A stretch of 64,000 nucleotides of DNA, from assembly GCA_016748015.1 (NCBI GenBank), contig JAAOMT010000379.1, forward strand, positions 234,042 through 298,041. Direction: 5' to 3'. The notes under the pieces are model-generated. The model saw only the letters and a program-made list of their open reading frames with translations, was not told the origin of the DNA and searched no databases. This DNA comes from Geosiphon pyriformis uo1 (Eukaryota; Fungi; Glomeromycota). The translations under genes and the position numbers were made by a program. Every line of letters begins with the position of its first letter. Position 1 is the first letter of the stretch. Below, piece after piece: positions 11,092 to 22,750 of this stretch.

Positions 11092-14000
11092 TTTAAGGGG
11101 TTCCCCTTTTAATACCTCATTAGATGCTTCTGTCATTGGAAAACTGAAGGCATTTTTGCAATCCATTTTAAAATTAAATTCCTTGTCAAAAGTTTTTTGG
11201 CTTGTATCTATTTTAAGAACAATCAAATATCAAAATTTATTAACATACTAATAAGTGTTTGTAACTTGAGTGAATTCAAACCAGTTAAAGATATGTCAGC
11301 ATAAAACTTAATAGTTAGATAGAATTAATGGAAAGTAGATTAAAAGTGAGACTACAAATTATTTATATCTTATGCGATTTAAAATAAACAAGTCAGAACT
11401 GGATTGTCATCCGATAGATCCTCTTTACAAAGAGGGATATTCGACGGTGCAACAAAATGGAAGCATACCTTCAGTTATACAAATGTTGAAAAATAAAAAA
11501 AGATGCTAGAAGCTTAATTTTAAATCAAAGTCAGGTCAATATTAACAAATAGGTTATTAATTCAATCATGTCAAAAATTCCAAAATCATAAAGGAATAAA
11601 TGCTTCTGTTAAAAGTGTTATAGGTTTAATTATTTGCATAAACAAACCAAGAAAAACAATTCTTTTGACATTACATAAAAAACTATTTGAATTGGGCCAA
11701 AAATACTAAAATTGGATTAATGAAGATTAAAGATAAGTTACTTGGTTTGAAAATATATAATATTTGCACAATTTTCTTGAATATGAAATATATTGAAATT
11801 AATTTTTGTATTCAACTCATTAATATTATGGCTGAAAGGATAAAAGATATATGAAATAATAAATGAACTTAACTACATTTATCATAAATTTTTACACCCG
11901 CTAAATTTTGCAAAATCAATGAAAAAGAGCATAATATCTAGTAAAAAAAACTTATAATTAAAATCAATAATTTTATAAATTATTAGCAAGTAAATTAATA
12001 TAAAAATAAAGTAATCTTTCCCAATGCCCACTTTTTATATATATAATATTTTGTATTCTTGAATTTTTTGTTCGATTTTTTCTGTGAGCCACCAAATAAG
12101 TTCTATTATTATTTAATTATTTTTGTAAAGTTTATTATGGGACACTAACCAAATTCACCTCTTTAAAATCATTCTCGTTTCTAAAAAATCCTTACAACAC
12201 ATATCGAAAATTTCAAATATGATAGGAATTCATTGGATAGATGTAATTCCTTTTACATTAAAGCTTTGTACCATTGATAAAATATCGAAAATTCTTTTTG
12301 AAATAAGATAATCCTTGTAGTAAAACACCAGAGAATGAGTCTATAATAGGAATTACGAGAAACAGCGTTAGGTTCTAGAATATTTTTATGGAAAGAAAAT
12401 TTGGTCGCAGTCAAAAATTATGAAGCTTTTTCTATGAATATTATTAAAGCTCTTGATGAGAAGTTCACTGTCGCCGAAAAATCTTTTTCGATTCATATTT
12501 AGCCATTAACGTAAAGCGTTTGCCGCAGTCGAATTTAATATCACCGCCCAATAGTGATACCAAAAGAGGCTAGTCAGGCTAAACTAAACGACAATAGGAA
12601 TAATTGTTTTTAGATGGTTTGCTTTGTTTATTATTAACACAAATAATGTATATGAGTTAAAAAATTATTTTAAAACCAAGTGTAATCAGAATTTGAAATT
12701 CCGAGTCTCCACAGAATGTTGATTAGCTTCATATTGACCACATAATCTCGAGTCTTTTAAATGTAACAACTATGAAAGTTTATTCAAGTTCCAAAACCAG
12801 CACAACGTTCCCTGTTTAATTTTGTTTTGGTCATTCTTTGATCACTTGGATCTGTATAAAATTTCAATTACACTTTTAAACTCGAATTGGAATAAGAAGT
12901 TGTCATTATATTGTCATAGAATTTTTATATGAATTGATATCTTATTAATATAAATGTTAATATTCTTTATAATTTTAATTTTAAAGTAAATATGCCATAA
13001 GATTATTATAAATCACATATATTTTACAATATTATGTAAATTTTTTGAATATAGTTTTTTATAAAAACATCAATTGAAATGAAATTATGATTTAAATTGT
13101 AAAGAAATTTACTATTATAATCTCTTTATACAATATTGTATGAAATTGAGGTATTAAAAATTGGTTTCTTTTTTTCCAATAATTATACTCTTGAATATAA
13201 ATTTTTCTAATAAAAAGATAAGTTCTAAAAAATCTCTTAATTTCAGCAGAATATTTATATTAAATAATAGTCAATTTATTCAGATCAAAGCATTTCATTA
13301 GAGATGGAAAATATTTCATAGAGCTATAGGCTTTTCGATTCCCGAAACCGATTCAAAAAATTTGCCCTTTAAGCGTTTCTGATTTCGAAAACATTACGTG
13401 AAAATTCTCTCGAATGATGCAGAAATCCCGTTTAAGGCAAAGAAGTTTCCATTTTGATGGACTAAATGATGCTTAAAGGGTTTGATGGTACGGAAAAAGT
13501 TTTTTCAATCCTTTCAAACTTTACATTAATATTTTGCGTTATCATTAGCTTTACTTTAGATTTGTCAACAAATTGAGATTAATCTGAAATATTTTTCTGC
13601 AAATTCGATTACGATGAAGACCTAGGATATTCTGGATAGTGGCTAATCTACATAATAATATCAAATACCCTAAATTCTCAACAGATGAAACGGGAAAGTA
13701 ATATTAACAACCACCGATCTAATAAATGAAAATATATTCATCCAAACCAACAGTGCCACCATGTCTTTCAGAGTACTGGCACTGAAAATCGTAGACAACA
13801 ATGAACATTTCAACAAAAATCACTCTGCACAAATTTATAGACTTAATTGCTTTGAAAAGGTGATCAATTGTCGTAGGGTATTTGTGCTTTTAGTTTATAT
13901 TGAGATGGAGTTGAATTTAAATAAAAATTTAGGGATATCGAAAGATTATGGGTTGCAAATCTTAACAGTTCAGCTTTTTTTAGATCATTTTAAATACAAA

Positions 14001-14203
14001 GAGAAATAAAATTCCAAATCACTTACCCACCTTGAAATTCTTTTCACTTTTCAAATCAAAGTTTAAAGTCGATTGGTTAGAAAAAAGTAAAATAAGCAGC
14101 AGTTAGGATTTCCAATTACTTTCTTACAATTTTGCAAAAGCTGCAGAGACGGGAGATACAACTGAGCATCAACGACTATTTATCTGGTAAAATGAGTTAT
14201 CTT

Positions 14204-15964
14204 TTAAATTTTGCTTTGAAATTCACTATTTTCTGTGGAGCTTTTTTTATCCAAGGCCTTCTCAATTAGACAAAAAGCCCCATAACTAGTACCCCAGCTT
14301 GCCGAGTATCCTAAAAAAAATTCAAGAGCAGAATTCTTTGAGGATTGAAGTTCAATTTATACAGGTGAAAGTTAAAATGCAGTATAAAACACTTACCGTA
14401 AGAATGGTGCCCATAATTATGACATACAACAATATCCTTTCCTTCCTTTGTTTCTATGAATTTGAGAAACATTTGAGTAATTCTTTTGCAAAATGCTGTG
14501 ATAATAAATTTATATCCAGCATTACTCTGAATTTCCGTTTCAACACGTATACCACTGGTTCGAGAAGGTCGCAATCCAACAACGTGTCTCAGAACCTCGA
14601 GGCTCTCAATTCCTTTTCCCTGGCAAAGATCAGCACAGAGTTCACTGCATCTTTTGATAATTGATTCTGCAATGGCCATGTCAGGCTCACTATCGCTAAA
14701 AAAAATGAAGTTAATTAAATAACAAATCTATTCAAACGAAAAGATAACACATGAGAAAATCTAATTCAACTATACTCATTATTGGGTTGCAATGTGCCCC
14801 CTAGAACAACTAGACCATCCTCCCTGGGTATCAAATAAGTAATTTCATTATTCACTCCTAAAATCAAAATTCTTTAATCGAGATTAATAAAATTTTCATG
14901 CCTTTTTAATATCCAATTTACCTTGGTAACTATAAGCAGATTTAATATGAGGTGCCCGAACAATTACGACTTGTCCACGCGTCGGAAATACTTCCTCATC
15001 CTCTACACCACCTAAAGTTTTTGCATTAATCCCCGGACAATTCACAATCACTTCAACGTCTTCAGAAAAGGTCTCATTGATGTGTGAGAGGTGAATACGA
15101 ACGGTTTGACCGCCACTCTTTGTGAATTCTTCAAGTAACCAACGAAGGTATTTAGGTACGTTAATTGTCACTGAATATATAAAATCGAAATTAGTAGATG
15201 ATCTTTAACAGAAAACTATGTTGCCCAGAAAAGGTTTTACCGGTCATATAAGAGATACCAAAGTCACAATTTTGGGGGAGATCTTCTTTTGGGATTTCTT
15301 TGTACTTTAATTTTATTGAATGGAAATAATTCCAGTTTTATATTAAAAAATTTCATCAAACCGATTCAAATCGAATATTGCATACCTCGGGTAAAAAATC
15401 CCTATAAAATGGATCATCATTTTCCATTGTAGGCTTAACTTGCATATAGTCAAAATTTAATACTTTTTTAATTCCAGCTTTGGGAGCGATTTCAGATAAC
15501 CTCCATAATGTGTTAAAACCAATCGTTTCATACTCTACATAATTAAATTTTAGCTAAAAAACCTGACTTAAATAGCAATATGATCCAAAATTTGGTGTAC
15601 TTTTTAAAAAAAAATCATTTGTTTCGTAATGCGCACGCCAATCAGCTCCAGCCCAAGGGCTTGTATACTGAATACTCAAATCATCCGGAAAATGGTCAGC
15701 AAAGATCGTAACTTGAAATCCATTTCTTTGAAGTAAAAGAGCCGTGGTAAGTCCAGACACACCGGCACCAATAATGTTTGCTTTTCTTTTTGCTGATGAT
15801 TTTTTAAAATCAAAAGTTTGAACTTATTATCATTCGTTCCAAGTCTTTAAATTACCAAAAGATTCAACAAATTGCCCAGGAGGTTTTGAACAGAGCAGGT
15901 TACCAAGTTGAGAGTATTTACCTTCTCGTTGGGAAAAACCACCGAAACTTTTAAAGAAATCCAT
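14204..15964 (-). CDS. DAO1: D-amino-acid oxidase (FAD-dependent, peroxisomal), multi-exon
   Basis: Motifs IIGAGVSGLTTA, YTSPWAGA, PTRGQVVIVRAP, YLIPREDGLVVLGGT, VGLRPSR and HNYGHHSYGYSASWG across GT-AG introns. C-terminus -SKI resembles PTS1. The first exon (ATG 15964, MDFFKSFGG) is inferred from splice phase. Confidence 0.92.
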
Positions 15965-16747
15965 AGCAAAATACCAGTAAAGGAACTTTATTATATGGTC
16001 GAAAATTTTTATGTGACAATTTTTAATGGTGACGTTAACTGTTCGCTTTTAGATTTCAATGATAGCACAAATGATTTTCGTAATCACTTTTTATTATAGT
16101 TTTTAGTAAGTTTCTATTTTTGCCATTTTTCCATAAATAGCTCTAACCTGCTTTTTAAGAATTGCCATTTCTCTTTTGAAAATATTATTTAAATTTGATA
16201 TAAATATCAAATATGCATCCCCCCACGGCTACCTTTTTTTGTATTTCCTGATGGAAAATTCGAAAATACTCCTGTTTACCTTTCCATGTAGAAATCACAG
16301 GGGCTAATTATCAACCAAGTATGTATAACGTTTGATGCCTGAAAAAAGGATTGGAATTAAGTATTCTAAGAAAATCTATACAGATTTTCTATATATCCTT
16401 TCGATTTCCCACGAACCACAAACTCCTTTTCTTGTAGATGCAGGTTTGCTATAAGGGAAGTGAATTAGATTTTTACAGATAGCGATTTTTACTTGTGAAT
16501 TATTTGGAAAGTAAGTTTTCATGAAATAATTCATCCTTCTCTTAATAAATTGAAATAGTCAAAGAATTGTGTAAGCGATCATGTGGTGATGGAACTTGAC
16601 GTTTTGTTAACCTCACTGGTAGTGAGAGAAAACTTTTCAGACAAAAAATTTTTCGATTGATGTTTTTACTCCCGCATTCCCCTACATGGACAGGCAATCT
16701 AATGATAAGAAACAACACCAATTTAGACAATTTGCCACAACCAAATA

Positions 16748-17246
16748 CTAAGACGAAGACAAAAATTTACTGAATTTTACCCAAGATGCTGTAACAGCAG
16801 CCTTCATACGAATTCGTAATGGCTTTTTCTCTAAAAACATCAAGATCAGTCTTAGGTTCTTGTTCTTAGCTTTTTAGTGGTATAAACTTTTGGCAATAAT
16901 TCATTTACTTGAAACGACTTACCATAGATTACCCAAATTTTATCACCATCTTTTACATGCTCGAACAGTTGGTCCGTACTTAGAGGACACCTTTCTGATT
17001 TTCCAAACTTAAAGCCACTCGGCGTTCTAAAAACGTCGTATTCTATCTGTTGAAAATATTCGCGCAATTGTTTTTCGTTTTTGTCTTGGAATAATACAAT
17101 ATTATAGGTTTTGCCTGAGGGCATTTCACAATTTAATTCTGAAATAAAAAAAACCAAATCTTGAATGAATACCTCGTGCAAAGGTCAAGACCAAAGGTGA
17201 CAGAAAATTTCAAACAAAGTCTTAACGCTTATAATTACCTCGCCAT
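16748..17246 (-). CDS. Small hypothetical protein, possible ubiquitin-like (beta-grasp) fold
   Basis: Exon ELNCEMPSGKTYNIVL...LREYFQQIE...FGK...DQLFEHVKDGDKIWVIY has ubiquitin-like spacing. A gtaagt donor and tttag acceptor join it to EKKPLRIRMKAAVTASW... The 5' exon structure is unresolved. Confidence 0.4.
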
Positions 17247-20200
17247 GTTTTTGTTGAATTTATTTGTTTGCAAACTTTTTCTATACCCTTTTGAAAATAA
17301 GTTTCAGGCTGAGTTCTCGATTTCGGTAAAGATGATTTTTTGACATTCATTTTTAGAAATATATTTTATAGTAAAAATGACTCTTTTGAGGTCTAAAACG
17401 CGAGTTTGAAAGTTTTCTAAAGTTTTTTTTTTTTCAAAATTCCTTGAGATCTTAAGACTTCTATTTTATTCTAAAAATCAAGTCACAAAGTGAAACATCC
17501 ACTTTCCCTTTTCAAACGGTTTTTTCAAAAAGGGCGATTTATTTTGTTTAGATCTCTTTGTACCTCCATCGCTATTTGATCATTAACATTTGACTTGATG
17601 CCATGTTTTATAATATTCTAGAAAGAAGATCTCGATCTTTCAAACAGAACATACGACTAGGGAAATGCTGTGCAAAAAGGTTGAATCAAAGCCTATACAC
17701 CTGAAGATATTTTTCTTAAAAAGCATTCTAATGTATAATTAGGCTAATATCCGATAAAATTTCCTAAAAAGTTTATATTTAAGGAGAAATTTCTTCCTTT
17801 TTTGGATAATGAGATTTCTGATTCCTCGCCATGGAAAACCTTAAAATAAAAAATTTTGGACTTTAATGATTCTATGACACCATCGCTTTGTCATGGTAAA
17901 TCACAAATCTCCGTTAATCTCTTGCAACCTATAATAAGTTTCCGAGGTAAATAGGCATTTCGGGTTCTATTGTAATTTATTAGTTCACGTGAAAGGGGGG
18001 GGTAAGAAAGAAGACTACGTTGTGATCAAAACTTGGGCTTACAGTGAAAATGTTCTATGGAGGAAGACCAGCGTGAAGATCTAGAAGATTTCTGCAAGTT
18101 TTATTTATATGGCTTGTACACAATGCATCTTACCATACCATCATAGGTGTGATCTGACGTTTTAAGATTTAGGTTAAAAATTAAGAAAATGTCCACGCCT
18201 TTGGAGAAATTTCAAAAATTAGGATTATCCAAATCTGTTTAGGGTAAAAATCAATTCTTAAATTTACAATTCAAATTGGAAGCTTTTAAAAAGAAAGCAG
18301 ACAGCTGATCTGGAAACAAGCTTATTATTTTAAGAAGTCAATAAAGTAGTTTTGATTTCTGCTTTAACCAAGTTCTGCTTGTTAAAGAATTTATAATAAA
18401 TAGATTTTCCAAACCACAAATTTACAATTTAGAAAAAAATTCATTTAAAATAAATAAATAAATAGTTCCTTTTAGAAAATCATTATTAGCCATTTGTGAT
18501 TTATATTGAAAAACAGAGAAAGTTGGAAAAAAAATTTATTAAGACGTAATTAATTTCAATCAAAAGTAATTTGTTTTTGTTTTTCATATATTCTAGCAAG
18601 CTTTATATGGGCATGCTGCAACAAAACCAGATAAAGTGAACATAACGTCACAGAGTATTTTCAGAGTTCAAAATTTAGTAAGCCACAATAATAGCTCGGT
18701 TTCAGTAATCTTTTAATTACTTAATAATCTTCCATGTAAGATACCAATTTTTTCTCCCTCCAATAAACTCTTCAATTCAGTTCAATTTTTCTAAATTCTA
18801 TTTGCTTTCCTGCTTTCCCTCTAATTCCTGTTCATTTTATTTAACAATTCTTTTCTTTGTTTATTTAGGTCGAAATATTTTTTGTTGGTAATTATCGATC
18901 TTTAATGTCATAATCAAAATGGTTTAACTGTTCTTTAAATCAGGTAAATTTGATAGTAAAAGTTTTATATACTATCAGGTAATCATTCTAGCCCACTATC
19001 AATAACGAAATTATTGCACATGAATAGAATTTTGTTTGCGTTTGACTCGCTCTGTAAACTGAAAGAATCTGTCAAAGTTTTCTCGCGAGTAACCGTGATG
19101 AAACGCTTATTGCTTGAAGTGAAAAATACTTGCATGTAATAACATGGTTTTTTTGTGTTACACGAAGGGTATGTATCTGTTAAACAATTGAAATCAATAT
19201 GCACATGCATTTACCCTGTTTCTCAACTCTTTGGCCAAACAAACCAATGCTATTTACATGCCTACGCTCCTTCATTTGGCTGAATCTATACATTTTGAAT
19301 CTGTTGTCTATTGCAAATGGAGATAAGTACATAATTTTGTTGCTTCTACATGCTAATACAATTAGAAAACAAAGTGACTGGGTATTCTCTTGCAAAAAAT
19401 GGTGCTGTGTTTTAGTAAACTTATATAATCATTATTAATTTATTTAGTGCTTTTTTTAATAACAATTTAAATGACCTGAAATAAAATCAAAAAATATTTA
19501 TAATAAGATATTTGGATTTTTATTAATAGTTTTATTTCTAAAAAAAATTGTTTTGTTATATAAGGTGTTTTAAGCTTTTACCAAACTAAAACAAAAAACA
19601 TTTTTAATAATCTAGTTGAATAAATACCAGTTAACATTTTTAAAAAGAAAAATCATATTCATAAAAGAACTTTTTACTGTTAAGATTATAACATATTCAA
19701 AACAGTAAAAAATCATTGATGAATAATCTATCTTGATTTTGTCAAAGTTGAATCTGGCAAGATAACAAAAATTAATAAATTAAAAGTAATTTTCAGAAAA
19801 AATAAAAGTATAACATTGAGTCGATTTTTTTTAGTATTTGATTTAGAATTTTTTGCTTCATTATATATATATATATTATTTTTAAAAATAAAAACTTTAT
19901 TGGATTATTTTCTCTTTTAAAGATTTATTTGTTATTTCTGATACTTTTGCTTGCAGTTTTTTATTAAAAAAATTTTCTTTATTAGAATTTTTGTTTTTTT
20001 TAATAATAATTTTTTTATCTCATAACTTTGGTGTCAAATAATTTGAAAATATAACTTTTTTATTATGTCTTTTTTTAAATGCTTCAAATAGTACTGTAAT
20101 TTTTTGGATCTAATATAATAAGTTTTATATATAATTTTTAATTACTGTTAAATTTTAACATAAACGTGTAAAAAGATATGCATGTCTACTTAACTTAACA

Positions 20201-21030
20201 ATCTTACTTGAACAGCCAAATTAATTATATTATTTCCACAATTTTTAGCTTTGCTTAAAATCAAGTTTTAATTTAATTTGACATTATTGCTTTATTTTTA
20301 AATTTTACTTTAATCTAATCTAATAAATTTATTTATTTTTATCCACAAATAGTTTTTTTTAGTTTTAAGCATAGAACTTGATACTTTTACTGCTTACTTT
20401 GCTTTCTGGTAGGTTTATTAGAGGTCTTTTGAAAGTAATTTCGCCTATATTTATTATTCCTAAAATGACAGATATTAATTATTTAGCAAAAAATTTAATG
20501 AAATGAGTAAAATAGGGTTTTGAATAATTTCTTAATTAATCTTTCAGTTATTGTAATAAAATTTATTATCAAGTGATTAAAGAAAGAAATAAAAAACAAA
20601 TAATAATATTAAAACAAGTAAAAAATCTAATCTTTCCTGTGTTCAAAAATTTTTTTGTAATTGGAAGCATTTTAAGCTAAGTTGGTTTATTTGCCAAAAA
20701 TTGGAAATTAAAAAGATCAAACAAAATATTAACAAAAGAAGCGTTTACAAATTTCCAGTTTATATAACAGAAGAGAAAAAAGCCATAAGTAAAAGATATA
20801 AAGTCTTAGAAGCAATTACTTTTAAAAAAAGAGCAAGTTTACAGTAGCCAAGGAAGAAAAAACTCAGAGATTGGGATAATTTGCTAGTTTATTATTAAAG
20901 AAATAATTATTTGTTTATTAAGGAAATTAAATATATTTTTAACTTTGATTAAATAAACAAAAGCAAGTATTCTTGTTGTTATTAGTTATAAACTTATGGT
21001 TATATCGAAAAAATTGTAATTTATTTAAGA

Positions 21031-22168
21031 ATGTTTAACAAAATAACCAAAAATGCAGAAGTATTTGGTCTACTGGGTATTTTTCTTATTTCTTTCTTAT
21101 TTTTATATTTATTTAAGGAATTGTCTTTTTCCTAATCATTTTCTTTAAAACTTCCATATATGATTCGTTAATTATCTTATTGGCAAACTTAAAGAATAAT
21201 AAAATTATTCAAAGAGGTATATTGAAAAAACATGTATGATTAATTAACTTTTGAAATTAATGTTTTAGATCACTGTTAAAATAATAATAATATATAAATG
21301 ATTAATAGATGCTTCGGCTAATTTAAAATTTACGAAAAGTCAGAAAATAAATGAAAAAAATCTTAAAAAGCATGTTGAATATATTGAAGAAAAGAAAGCT
21401 CAAAAATCATATACTTTTTTTGTTCACAGAAACAAATAATTTGTCATGATGGTCAGGAATAGGCAAAACAACCTTTGTGCAGACTTTACCTAATGCAATG
21501 AACAGCTACTATAATTAATCTCTTGTGCTGGTTTTATTTTTGGAGATAAAGGCTAATCAAATTTAGCAGTTTGAGCATTTAAAGAAACTCATTGCAAAAA
21601 TTCTATTATTCTACTGGATGAATCAGAAAAAGTAGTTGATGAAAAAATGCAATCAGATTTTTAATATTGAAAACGGAGAAAGACCAGCCCACATTATTTT
21701 TTTTGCTGCTGTAAATTACAAAGAAAATTAGCCACTAAAGTGAAAGATACTGTTGATTTAAAGAACTAGAAGGCTATACTAATGAGAAAGAGATGCAAAT
21801 TTTGCAAAAAAAAAGGACAGAAATACAAAAAGCCTATAATCTAGAAAAAGACGAGATCGAAAAGTGCTCGCAAAAGATGTTTTGGAATTTTTGATTAATA
21901 CTTGAATTCAAGAAAAAATGGTGCCGAAAAAAGACACAAATTTATAGAGGAATACATAATCGCTAAGCAGACTATCGGTAAGCATTTCAAGGAGACAAAC
22001 AAAGGTGAAGAGAAAAATATTTTATTATTTCAGGAAAGCCATAAATTAAATTGACGATATCATTTACTTTTCACTTCATTTAGGCTTGATTTAATTCTAT
22101 TGATAACTTGAATATTTACAAAATTTTTATTAAAAAAGGAACCAATTAAAGGAGGAAAAAATGAATAG
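21031..22168 (+). pseudogene. Decayed Lon-type AAA+ ATPase with N- and C-terminal hydrophobic segments, Mollicutes-like (TGA=Trp)
   Basis: MFNKITKNAEVFGLLGIFLISFLFLYLF (21031); QKQIICHDG/SGIGKTTFVQTL (Walker A, 21456-21473); LAV[TGA]AFKETHCKNSIILLDESEK (Walker B, 21605-21622); HIIFFAAVNY; ELEGYTNEKEMQIL; FLINT[TGA]IQEK. These follow the Lon AAA+ motif order. No introns; frameshifts and deletions present. Confidence 0.75.
22148..22155 (+). promoter_or_regulatory. Relic bacterial Shine-Dalgarno sequence (AAAGGAGG)
   Basis: 5 nt upstream of ATG 22161, which overlaps the last codons and TAG (22166-22168) of the upstream AAA+ gene. Confidence 0.65.
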
Positions 22169-22750
22169 AGCAATTGAAACTATTGAAAAGCAATAATAGC
22201 AAAAAAAAACATCGTCGAAATGTCGTCGAAGAACTAGAAAAAGATCTCAAGTCAAAGAATTTTCTCAAGTTAATTTACTGGCTGAGGAAGAGCACAATAA
22301 AGAATTAGGCCAATTAAAAGACCAGATTAACCTAATCAATATAATTGCGAAAACCTAGAATTTATTGAAAGAGAACTTATAGAAATTTAAAATAGTCGGC
22401 AAAACAAAGAAATTGTTGAAAAGGGTTATTTGCTTTAAAAATATTGAGAAAAATTGTCAGGAATTAAGCCTTAGAAGAATCTTTTTTACCAGTATTTGAC
22501 AGTGAGCAAAGCGATAAACTATTTAATTGAGAAGTAGATTTATCAAAGTTTATTCTCATTGCTATTACCACTACTTAGGAAATCAAAAAATTATCGGATT
22601 CTTTGATTTAACGTTTAGATTTGGTTAATGCGAACACAGTTGAGTCAAAAAATATTTCTTGGAATAATATTATTTGGCATCTTCGCTTTTAATTTTTGCA
22701 ATTAAAGGTAGAGGCGAAAATAGGAAGGGTAACATTAGTCAACCCGATTA
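22161..22750 (+). pseudogene. Second decayed Lon-like AAA+ (degenerate) gene with C-terminal hydrophobic segment, bacterial operon partner
   Basis: KRVICFKNIEK then, at 22471-22650, LEESFLPVFDSEQSDKLFN[TGA]EVDLSKFILIAITTT*EIKKLSDSLI*RLDLVN. This matches the Lon pattern LLEVLDPEQN...DLSKV.FIATAN....PL.DR. The internal TAG/TAA fit CAG/CAA C>T changes. Confidence 0.65.

Noticed and set aside
21031-22750. Mitochondrial insertion (NUMT; fungal mitochondria also read TGA as Trp) or processed copy of host Lon/Pim1
   Set aside because: Fungal mtDNA does not normally encode Lon-type AAA+ proteins. The SD site, overlapping gene pair and TM tails in place of the protease domain fit a bacterial operon better. 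Not formally excluded without a search.
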